From IMG/VR virus record IMGVR_UViG_3300020045_003765, positions 1 through 31,595 of that record: a DNA stretch of 31,595 nucleotides. One strand, given 5' to 3'. Of the stretch, positions 15,842 through 23,879 are shown piece by piece. The notes under the pieces were generated by a model, which had not been told where the DNA came from, searched no databases, and saw nothing but the letters and a program-made list of their open reading frames with translations. The position numbers and the translations under genes were made by a program. This DNA comes from a virus. Its lineage: Duplodnaviria; Caudoviricetes. Position 1 is the stretch's first letter; each line of letters begins with the position of its first letter.

Positions 15842-16041
15842 AATTCGAACAGCTTGAATGGACAGTAGCGGGCTGTTGCGGGGAACATAAAGTTTCATCC
15901 GTGGTGATTGGAGATAAGACGTACCTATTTGGAGAGACGACTGCCGGGTGCACATTGGCCGAGTTGCATAACGGGGTGGCCGTCGCTGCGCCTGTTGTGT
16001 TTATGACCGCCAAGGACGCGTTTGATAGCCTGATTTTCTAA
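15838..16041 (+). CDS. Hypothetical protein
   Basis: 67 aa; GTGA overlap with the upstream stop. Confidence 0.6.
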   Translation: MKFEQLEWTVAGCCGEHKVSSVVIGDKTYLFGETTAGCTLAELHNGVAVAAPVVFMTAKDAFDSLIF

Positions 16042-16088
16042 TCCTCCCTCCAGCCAACCACAGCCCCTCTTCACAAAGTTTAATATCT

Positions 16089-16110
16089 GGAGGGCTTCGG
16101 CCCTCCTTTT
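16089..16110 (+). terminator. Intrinsic terminator
   Basis: GGAGGGC-TTCG-GCCCTCC-TTTT. Confidence 0.9.
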
Positions 16111-16125
16111 ATTTTGTCTATAGGA

Positions 16126-16154
16126 TTGACTTGCTAAACTTACTGTGTTATAAT
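16126..16154 (+). promoter_or_regulatory. Sigma70 promoter for the lysis/TerS operon
   Basis: TTGACT-17 nt-TATAAT with TG extension. Confidence 0.85.
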
Positions 16155-16175
16155 GAGGTAAATTAAGGAGAGAAT

Positions 16176-16751
16176 ATGGAACCAAATAAAGTAAAGAAAG
16201 TGCTAGCAGCTATTCTTGCTACGCTAGGTATCTCAGCAGGGCTTCTCTCCTTCATTGAAACCGAAGAAGGATTTGGGCCTAAGAATGCTCAAGGGCTTTA
16301 CATGGCCTACCCAGATCCTTCACCAAACACTGGATGGAAATTGCCAACCATCTGTAATGGGCACACCAGAGGTGTTTATAAGGGCATGACGGCTACAAAG
16401 GAACAGTGTAGGGCTTGGCTAAAGGAAGACCTCGCTATCGCAGCCAAGGACGTTGTACGATGTATTAAAGTGCCACTAGGAAAGAATTCTTATGATGCAC
16501 TTGTCTCGTACAACTTTAACACAGGCGCTGTCTGTGGAGACATGGCTAAATGGGTGAATACGAAGTCTTGCAAGGAAGCTGCTAAAGCATTCAATGAGAT
16601 TCCGCAGAGGAACAAGGATGGCACTATCAGGATGCAAGATGGAAAGCCTGTGATGAGATATACAACAGGTGGAGGTATTGTCCTTAAAGGGCTTATAACA
16701 CGCAGAGCTAAAGAACGAGCAATGTTTGAAAAGGATTGCACAAATGAATAA
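16176..16751 (+). CDS. Endolysin, GH24 lysozyme with probable N-terminal SAR domain
   Basis: KKVLAAILATLGISAGLLSFI signal-anchor; EG...AYPD...TICNGHT; YDALVSYNFNTG; LKGLITRRAKERAMF. Confidence 0.92.
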   Translation: MEPNKVKKVLAAILATLGISAGLLSFIETEEGFGPKNAQGLYMAYPDPSPNTGWKLPTICNGHTRGVYKGMTATKEQCRAWLKEDLAIAAKDVVRCIKVPLGKNSYDALVSYNFNTGAVCGDMAKWVNTKSCKEAAKAFNEIPQRNKDGTIRMQDGKPVMRYTTGGGIVLKGLITRRAKERAMFEKDCTNE

Positions 16752-16923
16752 CAAATTTATCCTGTGGGCTTGCGGAGTAGTGTTAGTGCTATTCTTCGCA
16801 GTGACTAGCTACGGCGTGATTGATAAGGCACTTGAATGGAAGGACTACTTGCTTCTGTGGAGTGGTGTTGTGGGAACATTTATTGGGTACATAGTTAGGT
16901 CTGTATCTGTGACGAAAGAATGA
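16744..16923 (+). CDS. Small 2-TM membrane protein, holin/pinholin candidate
   Basis: 59 aa from ATG 16744 (AAGGA SD); two hydrophobic helices; between endolysin and spanins. Confidence 0.65.
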   Translation: MNNKFILWACGVVLVLFFAVTSYGVIDKALEWKDYLLLWSGVVGTFIGYIVRSVSVTKE

Positions 16924-16924
16924 C

Positions 16925-17437
16925 ATGTTAAACCTACAAAGCATTGCCATAGCTGTAGCAGCAGCCTTCGTTATAGGGCTTGGCGGCGGCTCTTGGATGG
17001 CGTGGAGCCTTACAGCAGATTATTACCAAGCCGTTGAGGCTAAACGTGTTTCCGTCCAAAGCAAAGAAGTGCTGAAGCTGACGGAAAAAGTATTGCAGAC
17101 TGAGAGGAAGAATGATGAAACAACTGGAAAACTTAACAAGCTCTCTGTGGATTTCACAGCCAAGCGTAATGCAGATTCTGCCACTATTAGTCGTTTGTTG
17201 CGTGATAAGTCTAGCTGGGTGCGTTCCCCCGTCGTCTGTGAAGCCACCACAGGAGCTTCCCCTGCAGCCTCCAGCACTGTTGCTGACACAGCCTCCGAAG
17301 GTTACCTTTCAGAAGAGTTTCGCAGAGAGCTGGCTTCAATCCTCGCCAGAGCAGACGAAGCAGCAGCCTACGCAGAAGTAGCACATGAGTACGCCTTGAA
17401 GATTGAGGAGCAAAGGGAGAAATTAAAGAATGAGTGA
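16925..17437 (+). CDS. Rz: Inner-membrane spanin (Rz-like)
   Basis: N-terminal TM, coiled-coil periplasmic part with Cys, ARADE near the C-terminus; embedded lipoprotein ORF. Confidence 0.85.
   Translation: MLNLQSIAIAVAAAFVIGLGGGSWMAWSLTADYYQAVEAKRVSVQSKEVLKLTEKVLQTERKNDETTGKLNKLSVDFTAKRNADSATISRLLRDKSSWVRSPVVCEATTGASPAASSTVADTASEGYLSEEFRRELASILARADEAAAYAEVAHEYALKIEEQREKLKNE
17169..17381 (+). CDS. Rz1: Outer-membrane spanin lipoprotein (Rz1-like), embedded in the +1 frame
   Basis: MQILPLLVVCCVISLAG|C lipobox followed by a Pro-rich segment. Confidence 0.85.
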   Translation: MQILPLLVVCCVISLAGCVPPSSVKPPQELPLQPPALLLTQPPKVTFQKSFAESWLQSSPEQTKQQPTQK

Positions 17438-17828
17438 TAATACTGAAGTGGCTGTGAAGAAGCCTAAACAAAAGATGGAGCCTGTAACACAGATTAGCTT
17501 TGAACGACGCAACGATCTTACAAAACTTTTGAAGCAACTTGACAAGCTCACTCCCGACACTATCGCCGCGCTCACAGATGTACTCAAGGACGAGAAGGCC
17601 GATCCTAAGCTCCGCGTAGATGTGGCTAAGACATTGCTTGCAACGCGCATTGCTGTGTCAGAATCCATCAGCAAAGATCAACTTGGGCGTTCCATAGCAC
17701 AAGCAAGGCTTGTAATGGCAGCATCACCGAAGCTGGGGCCAAGGGATGTTGAAGAGGAAGATGACAAGCCAATCATAAGATTTGAACCTTCCGTCATCCT
17801 CTCTATGGAGAAGGTTATTAATGCTTGA
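17430..17828 (+). CDS. terS: Probable terminase small subunit
   Basis: 132 aa helical protein, acidic patch and short beta C-terminus; position upstream of terL; no diagnostic motif. Confidence 0.55.
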   Translation: MSDNTEVAVKKPKQKMEPVTQISFERRNDLTKLLKQLDKLTPDTIAALTDVLKDEKADPKLRVDVAKTLLATRIAVSESISKDQLGRSIAQARLVMAASPKLGPRDVEEEDDKPIIRFEPSVILSMEKVINA

Positions 17829-17841
17829 GTGTAAATAAAAC

Positions 17842-17870
17842 TTGACTTCTGCGTATTCGCATGTTACAAT
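17842..17870 (+). promoter_or_regulatory. Sigma70-type promoter
   Basis: TTGACT-17 nt-TACAAT with TG extension. Confidence 0.8.
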
Positions 17871-17873
17871 GCG

Positions 17874-18068
17874 TTTATGGAATAAGAATTTTAGCCGGGA
17901 GTTTCCCTCCTTTCGACCGGCTGAGAAGACGGCGACGTAGTAACGTCTATAAATAAACGCTACGGTAGTCTGCTGAGACTCTAATCAGACGAACCGTGTG
18001 GCTGTCAGCCTCGTAAGAGCTGTCCCTGTATGTTAGTAAGCAGGCTTGCCCTCTTGAAGATCAGGAGG
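17874..18068 (+). ncRNA. Candidate structured RNA block (series of hairpins)
   Basis: TTAGCCGG/CCGGCTGA, ACGGT-GTCTG/CAGAC-ACCGT, CTC-GTAA-GAG, TGCC-CTC/GAG-GCA stems; no ORF. Confidence 0.45.
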
Positions 18069-18154
18069 CACAAGAATAACTATTGAATACGCGCTCCCAC
18101 ATCGGGACACTCTGGCAATTGAGCCACGTAAGAATGTCAATAGTTATTCTTGTG
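18069..18154. repeat. Perfect 18-bp inverted repeat enclosing two small hairpins
   Basis: CACAAGAATAACTATTGA (18069-18086) / TCAATAGTTATTCTTGTG (18137-18154). Confidence 0.9.
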
Positions 18155-18225
18155 AGGTGTACGTCAATTGGCAGAGTACCTGACTTCCATTCAGGACGTT
18201 ATCGGTTCGAGGCCGATCACCTTCT
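18153..18225 (+). tRNA. tRNA-Gly(UCC), degenerate (possible pseudo-tRNA)
   Basis: Anticodon arm CCTGA-CTTCCAT-TCAGG, T arm ATCGG-TTCGAGG-CCGAT, U73; 1:72 mismatch, weak D stem, no encoded CCA. Confidence 0.7.
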
Positions 18226-18312
18226 CAGTTTTAAGAACAAACAGAAGCCTGCGTGACAGGACACATTTTAGAGTGTAAGCATAAGCCTCTTCTGGTATCT
18301 CATTTTGAGAAT

Positions 18313-18330
18313 GCCCGAAGGGGCTTTATT
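18313..18330 (+). terminator. Possible weak intrinsic terminator
   Basis: GCCC-GAA-GGGC followed by TTTATT. Confidence 0.45.
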
Positions 18331-18354
18331 GTGTTTACATTTAGGAGAGTTGTT

Positions 18355-18594
18355 GTGGAAAAAGAGTTGCGTATTGTCTCGCTTAGTGGTAAAATCACCC
18401 TGCACTGGTGTCATGTGGATGAAGAGGGATATGTCGAGCAAGTGCTTGACAGCCCAGACTTGAAGTTCAAGACACTAGAGGAAATGAAGCGGCTGATTGC
18501 TGCCGTACAAAAGGCTGGTAACTCGGCAGTGACCGTTGTTAACAGTGGAAACCGTAGGGATTTGATCCGTGCGGATCTTGGAGAGGGGGATTAA
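18355..18594 (+). CDS. Hypothetical protein (79 aa)
   Basis: Start moved to GTG 18355 behind an AGGAG SD. Confidence 0.65.
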   Translation: MEKELRIVSLSGKITLHWCHVDEEGYVEQVLDSPDLKFKTLEEMKRLIAAVQKAGNSAVTVVNSGNRRDLIRADLGEGD

Positions 18595-19500
18595 GTGGAT
18601 TTTAAACAAGAGCGGATTATTAATAAGTTTTTATTTAATGCGGAGACAGGTGAAATTACCAGAAAGCGGAATAACACTGTTGTTACAAGCAAAGATCAGG
18701 ACGGGTACATTGTAGTTGCAGATATGGAGCACGGGCGGAATGATCGTATGCGCGGAGCACGCCTTGTGTGGGTTATGCACAACGGAGACATACCGAAGGG
18801 CTACATCATCGACCACAAAAATCGTATTCGAGATGATAACCGCCTTGAGAATCTTCGTCTAGCCACGGTTCGTGACAATACTGCAAATGCTCTTCGACAT
18901 GGTGATGACTATACAAGTATTTACAAAGGTGTGCAGCTAGATACCCGAGGACGATGGATTGCATCTATTCAAAGCAATTCAGTCACAACAAACCTTGGCT
19001 ACTTTGCTACGGAAGAAGCAGCAGCCTTTGCTTATAATGTTGAGGCAAGTAAGAGGTATGGAGAGTTCGCAGTATTGAACGATGTTCCTGAAGTCAATTT
19101 AGAGGATTTCATTTCCGAACGAGATCGTGACTTTCTTAATGAAGAACGGAGAGGTCTTCCTAAGCACTTATCTATCTTTCAAGGGCGCTACACGCTGAAG
19201 TGTAACAACAAGGTGTATGGAACATTTGCTCTGGAAGACAAGGAGATTGCAATTCAATGCGCAAAGGACTTCCTTGTGACAGGCGTTGCTCCTAATATCA
19301 GAGAAAATCTTATGTTCTACAACAAATTCAAACTACCGTACAACGTGTTCCCCTGTAGCACAGGATTTCGTGCAAGTTTTATAAAAGATAAGATTCGCTA
19401 TCATGTTGGCACGTTCAGGACAGAGGAGGAAGCTGTAAAGGCTCTTCATATTAAGCAGGATGAAGTCGGATTTATTAGGAAGGAGATGGTGAATGGCTGA
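18595..19500 (+). CDS. Free-standing HNH homing endonuclease with AP2-type DNA-binding domains
   Basis: IDHKNRIRDDNRLENLR...N; YKGV...WIASI...LGYFATEEAAAFAYN (AP2); second AP2-like unit VGTFRTEEEA; overlaps the terL start. Confidence 0.9.
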   Translation: MDFKQERIINKFLFNAETGEITRKRNNTVVTSKDQDGYIVVADMEHGRNDRMRGARLVWVMHNGDIPKGYIIDHKNRIRDDNRLENLRLATVRDNTANALRHGDDYTSIYKGVQLDTRGRWIASIQSNSVTTNLGYFATEEAAAFAYNVEASKRYGEFAVLNDVPEVNLEDFISERDRDFLNEERRGLPKHLSIFQGRYTLKCNNKVYGTFALEDKEIAIQCAKDFLVTGVAPNIRENLMFYNKFKLPYNVFPCSTGFRASFIKDKIRYHVGTFRTEEEAVKALHIKQDEVGFIRKEMVNG

Positions 19501-19681
19501 AACAATTCTATTTGGCCCGAAGTCTTATAAACAGCGGCTCTTTATGATGGACAACACAACCAATATTGTGTTGTACGGCGGAGGCGCAGGGGCAGGAAAA
19601 TCCTACTGTGCAATGCTTAAACAGCTTGAATGTGTAGACGATCCAGATGCCCGTATCGTTTTTATCCGCAATACAAGGCCT
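19493..19681 (+). CDS. terL: Terminase large subunit, exon 1
   Basis: Walker A YGGGAGAGKS; ends ...FIRNTRP at the intron 1 5' splice site. Confidence 0.9.
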
Positions 19682-19924
19682 TAATGTTGGGGCCACCACT
19701 TAGGGATAGGTGGTGCAAATTCTGTGAACTCGGGGAACTCCTTATGGGACGATCCCGATCCAAGCCCTTAGCAGGGGAAGGTGTAGAGACTATCTCGAAA
19801 GAGAGTAGGGCGCAAGCGTGCCCGAAGCGCAGAACATCCAGAACGGATGATAATATAGTCCGATACCCGTAGCAATATGGGCAGCGAAAGCGGTACAAGA
19901 GTAGCGGCTTGTATGAACAAATAG
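19682..19924 (+). mobile_element. Group I intron 1 in terL (243 nt, ORF-less, IA-type)
   Basis: P1 GGCCU/GGGCC with U19681-G19690; P10 GUUG/CAAC; P3 UUCUGUG/CGCAGAA; P7 GACUAU/AUAGUC; P7.1, P7.2; P9 GCAA loop; terminal G19924. Confidence 0.92.
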
Positions 19925-20101
19925 CAACTCATAGCGCCCGGCGCACTGGTGGACGAGTCAAAAAGTATTTACTCTCACTGGAAGCCAAAGTTCAGGGCGG
20001 ACATTCTTCAATACACTTTCCCAAGTGGTTGTACTATCTCTTTTAAGACGCTGAATTCTGCCGCAGACCTTCCGGGGTATGACGGGACTCAGTTTACCCG
20101 T
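19925..20101 (+). CDS. terL: Terminase large subunit, exon 2 (59 aa, missed by the ORF track)
   Basis: QLIAPGALVDESKSIY...FPSGCTISF...YDGTQFTR, a typical TerL ATPase segment. Confidence 0.9.
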
Positions 20102-20333
20102 TAATTAGGCGGCTTCAGGCAGCGATGCTTGTCGAATAATCTTGTGAATTCAGGGAACTCCTTATGGGACAATCCTGAGCGAAGCCCTCACCAGAGGGAA
20201 CGTGCAACGACTATCCCCGGTAGGGGAGTAGGTTCCAAGCGGAATCGAAGCGCAAGAGGTCTCTCGCAGATCGTGATATAGTCTGGCACTCCGAGCAATC
20301 GGAGAGTGGCGTAGCGAGCCACGTAACTATGCG
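20102..20333 (+). mobile_element. Group I intron 2 in terL (232 nt, ORF-less, IA-type)
   Basis: P1 CCGU/GCGG with U20101-G20109; P10 AUUA/UAAU; P3 UCUUGUG/CGCAAGA; P4 UUCAGG/CCUGAG; P7 GACUAU/AUAGUC; P7.1, P7.2; terminal G20333. Confidence 0.92.
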
Positions 20334-21389
20334 GTAATCTTCGATGAGGTACAGAATCAGTATGCAGAAGAGGCAGTAGTTTACCTTCAATCTCGTATGC
20401 GCTCAAAGAGTAAGCTACATCATCAGATGGTATTTACAGCTAACCCACGAGACTGTTGGCTGAAGGAATGGGTAACATACTGCTTGGATGAGGATGGTGT
20501 GCCACTGCCGGGGACAGAGGACAAGATCCGCTGGTTTGTGCGTATCAACAACACAATGCACTGGGAAGATTCAAGAGAAGCCCTTATTGAAAGGTTTCCT
20601 GAGTCACTCCCCCTCAGCTTTCGCTTCATTCCAGCAACTTGCGAAGATAACCCCGTTCTACTGGCAGCACGCCCTGAGTATATCTCGTTTCTCCAGTCAT
20701 TGAAGAAAGTGGATCAACTGCGGCTCTGGAAAGGTTCATGGAATGCCAGAGAAAATCCAGAGTCATATTTTAGCCGAGACACAATAAAAGAGATTGATCG
20801 CCGCCCAGAGTTCGATATGGAACTGGTGAGGGCATGGGACTTGGCAGCTACACCAGAACCCGCCCTTGGGCAACCAAATCGAGGTGACTACTCAGTAGGG
20901 GTTCTCATGGGCAGGAGCAAGGCGGGTCAGTATTATGTTTTAGATGTCCATAGATTCAGGAAGAGCACCTCAGAGGTTATTGAGGAGATTATCAAGACAG
21001 CCCTTGCTGATGGTGTAGATGATTGTAGGGTAGTTATTACTCAAGATCCGGGAGCAGCAGGAGCACACTTTTTCTCCTACTTGTCTCGGACGCTGTTAGA
21101 GAACGGGGTTACAGTGAAGGGTATTAAAACAACAGGGCACTCCAATAAACTGAAAAGGTTCTTGCCGTTTGCAAGTCTGGCAGAGAGTGGTAACGTATCT
21201 GCTGTGCGTGGCCCTTGGTTAGATAAGTGGTACGACGAACTAGAGGCCTTTACAGGCGGTGCAAGAGGCGTGTACGATGACCAAGTGGATGCCACGGCAG
21301 ATTGTGCAACCGTCTTGATGCGACAAAACACCCTCCCCACCTTCTCTCTCGGCAATTCTGAATTCACCCGTCCATCTCCCATAAACTAA
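20334..21389 (+). CDS. terL: Terminase large subunit, exon 3
   Basis: Starts with Walker B VIFDE; TANP coupling motif; nuclease AWDLAA, DYSVG, DDQVDA. Confidence 0.93.
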   Translation, partial: VIFDEVQNQYAEEAVVYLQSRMRSKSKLHHQMVFTANPRDCWLKEWVTYCLDEDGVPLPGTEDKIRWFVRINNTMHWEDSREALIERFPESLPLSFRFIPATCEDNPVLLAARPEYISFLQSLKKVDQLRLWKGSWNARENPESYFSRDTIKEIDRRPEFDMELVRAWDLAATPEPALGQPNRGDYSVGVLMGRSKAGQYYVLDVHRFRKSTSEVIEEIIKTALADGVDDCRVVITQDPGAAGAHFFSYLSRTLLENGVTVKGIKTTGHSNKLKRFLPFASLAESGNVSAVRGPWLDKWYDELEAFTGGARGVYDDQVDATADCATVLMRQNTLPTFSLGNSEFTRPSPIN

Positions 21390-21470
21390 CCAAATCTAAC
21401 CATTATCGGTTAGATATACCTAGATATGCAAGTGTTCTATTAGGTATTTAGAATATATTTAGTAAAACAC

Positions 21471-21499
21471 TTGCATTGCTAAAATTATCGTGCTATAAT
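21471..21499 (+). promoter_or_regulatory. Sigma70-type promoter for head genes
   Basis: TTGCAT-17 nt-TATAAT with TG extension. Confidence 0.75.
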
Positions 21500-21547
21500 A
21501 CATGGTATAAGAATTCACATGAACAATAACACTAAAGGAGGCTTACA

Positions 21548-23035
21548 TTGGCTGAAGAGTTAAACACTGGCCTCTTGGAGAAAAATCCAGACGTTGCAGG
21601 TGCTCCCCGTATTGCTGCATTTTCTGAAACGGGTTATCCCGGCCTGAAGAACGTCTCTAAGCAGATTCTTGAAGAGTCAGACAAAGTTTGGCGGATGCCG
21701 CAGAGAATCAAGACCGTGGATGAAATGTCTAAGGATGCTACTGTATCCGCAGCACTTCAGTTCTACACGGTATACCTCGCAGAATCTTCATACAAAATTG
21801 TCCCTCCTGCTGGAGCCACTCCAAAACAGAAAGAAGAGAAGAAGTTTATCGAAACCGTGTTTAACGACATGGACGAAAGTTTCTTTTCCACTTTTGTAGC
21901 TATTCTCTCCTACCTTCGTTACGGATTTTCAGTATTTGAGCTGCAAGCCAAGCGCAGGCTTCCGGGGAAGAGTGCTCACAAGGACGGCCTAATTGGCCTT
22001 AAAGGATTGAAGCCTCGCTCACAATCAACTATCTCTGGCTGGGTGTTTAGCGAAGATGGCCGCGTGCTGTTGGCTGTTGAGCAATCTACCGCTAATATGC
22101 AGTATGGCTCCCGCTACTCTTCACTGGCTAAAAATGGCACCGAGATTACACTTCCAGTTGAGAAGCTGGCAATCTTCACAAGTATGCCGATCAATAACAA
22201 TCCAGAGGGCGTGAGCATCCTCCGTGGAGCATACAACGCTTGGCGCTATAAGCGTTCAATCGAAGATGCAGAAATTACTGGTGCAGCCCGTGACCTGTCA
22301 GGCTTGTTTCTGATGAAGATGCCAGCAGCTTATCTTGATCCAAATGCAGACGCAGGCAAGAAGTCTGCTGCTGAAGACTTCAAGAAGGTTGCCCGCAACG
22401 TGTCCCTTGGCGAACAAGCGGCTTTGATTATCCCGTCTGATCGCAATGCTGAGAGTAAAGAAGACATGTTCACTGCGGAGCTTCTCAGCTCTAGTGGTGC
22501 GAAGGCTTTTGATACTAGCGAGATTATCTCTCGTTGGGACAGCCGGATTCTTCTGAGTCTGTTTGCAGATATTCTTCAAGTCGGAAGCAACGGCACTGGC
22601 TCTCAGTCAATGATTGAGGGAAAAACAGAACTGGTTGAGATTGGTCTCCAATACCGATTGAAAGAAATTGAGGCTGTATTTAACAAGACAATCATCCCTT
22701 GGATTTACGCACAGAATCAGTGGGACGCTTCAGAATGCGTTCAGTTGAAATTTGACAAGATTAGTAAGCCTTCTCAAGACAGTATTGGTAAGCTTGTGCA
22801 ACGTGTTGTAAGCGTTTCGGCAATCGAAAAAGATCGCGCCTTTATGAACTATGTTCGTGAAGCTGGTTTTGGCTTGCAAGGATATCCAGAGGACGAACCC
22901 GTACATGAAGAATTGCTTGGTGAGTCTTCCTCCAGATCCGGTGACGGAATGGAAGTTGGCGTCACAGGCGAGGGCACGGCGAAGAAGCCGGGCGGCGGGG
23001 ACAGATCATCAGCGAATACTGAGAATGCAGAATAA
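21548..23035 (+). CDS. Portal protein
   Basis: 495 aa after terL; YGFSVFE, NPEGVSILRGAY motifs; TTG start behind AAGGAGG. Confidence 0.9.
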   Translation: MAEELNTGLLEKNPDVAGAPRIAAFSETGYPGLKNVSKQILEESDKVWRMPQRIKTVDEMSKDATVSAALQFYTVYLAESSYKIVPPAGATPKQKEEKKFIETVFNDMDESFFSTFVAILSYLRYGFSVFELQAKRRLPGKSAHKDGLIGLKGLKPRSQSTISGWVFSEDGRVLLAVEQSTANMQYGSRYSSLAKNGTEITLPVEKLAIFTSMPINNNPEGVSILRGAYNAWRYKRSIEDAEITGAARDLSGLFLMKMPAAYLDPNADAGKKSAAEDFKKVARNVSLGEQAALIIPSDRNAESKEDMFTAELLSSSGAKAFDTSEIISRWDSRILLSLFADILQVGSNGTGSQSMIEGKTELVEIGLQYRLKEIEAVFNKTIIPWIYAQNQWDASECVQLKFDKISKPSQDSIGKLVQRVVSVSAIEKDRAFMNYVREAGFGLQGYPEDEPVHEELLGESSSRSGDGMEVGVTGEGTAKKPGGGDRSSANTENAE

Positions 23036-23043
23036 GGAAAACT

Positions 23044-23868
23044 ATGCCTCATAAACTATTACGACTTGCTGGTCAAGTTTTTAACACGCCTCAGTACATC
23101 ACAGCAGAGACTCTGGCACCAATCGTAGATTATCTTTCTCTGCGGAACGGCCTTGATGCAATGCTCGTAAAAGGTGATCAAGTAGAATGTAAAGAGTCAG
23201 ACGTTGATATGGTAGGCAATGTTGCCTTCATTAACGTAGCAGGTGCTCTAAGTTACAAACCCGTTCAGATGCTCTGTAGTCCAGAAGGCACGTCCTACCA
23301 AGGACTGATCGAACAGACACAGGAAGCCCTATCACAAGGTGCTAAGAAGCTCGTGTTCAGCTATGCCTCCGGTGGGGGTCAGGCTATGGGTTGCTTCCTA
23401 TCGGCAAACGAAGTTCGCCAGATGGCTAACGAAGCTGGAGCAACAATCTATGCATTCATCGAAGAGGGGGCTCACTCAGCCGCATACGCTTGGGCCTGTA
23501 CTGCAGACGAAGTGATTATCTCCCCTGATGCTTCTGCTGGTTCCATTGGCTGCATCGTGGCCCTGATGGAAGATGCAAAGATGCTAGAGAAAGAAGGTCT
23601 TCGCCGTGTGGTGATTACTTCTCTTGACGGCAAGTCACCATTCAATGCAGATGGAAGTTTCTCTGATAAGTTTCTGAGCAAGATTCAAGAAGACGTTGAT
23701 CGTCTTGGGTTGCAGTTTGCTCAACACGTTTCCAGTTATACCGGCCTATCGGTGGAAACGATTTTGGCTATGGACGCACAATCGTTCCATGCAGAAAAGG
23801 CGTTGGATCTCGGTCTTGTGAATAAGATTATGACCCCTCGTGAATTTTTGAATTATATCACCAACTAA
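23044..23868 (+). CDS. Prohead protease, S49/SppA family
   Basis: SGGG, AHSAAYAWAC, AGSIGC, ALDLGLVNKI. Confidence 0.9.
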   Translation: MPHKLLRLAGQVFNTPQYITAETLAPIVDYLSLRNGLDAMLVKGDQVECKESDVDMVGNVAFINVAGALSYKPVQMLCSPEGTSYQGLIEQTQEALSQGAKKLVFSYASGGGQAMGCFLSANEVRQMANEAGATIYAFIEEGAHSAAYAWACTADEVIISPDASAGSIGCIVALMEDAKMLEKEGLRRVVITSLDGKSPFNADGSFSDKFLSKIQEDVDRLGLQFAQHVSSYTGLSVETILAMDAQSFHAEKALDLGLVNKIMTPREFLNYITN

Positions 23869-23879
23869 AGGAGGCAATC

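Noticed and set aside
17961-18000. Hammerhead ribozyme (CUGA...GAA)
   Set aside because: Lacks the CUGANGA and GAAA core and the required three-stem arrangement.
18121-18131. 11-mer GAGCCACGTAA shared with the 3' end of intron 2
   Set aside because: An 11-nt match is expected by chance in a window this size; flanking similarity is weak.
18253-18354. N-terminal extension of ORF 18253..18594
   Set aside because: Runs through hairpins and a terminator-like element; a better SD precedes GTG 18355.
19684-20396. terL as a pseudogene, split gene or intein-containing gene
   Set aside because: The interruptions have full group I structure and splicing restores one frame with all motifs.
19630-20406. 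ORF-track ORFs 19630..19872, 19662..19898 and 20188..20406 as intron-encoded proteins
   Set aside because: They overlap the ribozyme cores, lack SDs and nuclease motifs; the introns have no spare loop for an ORF.
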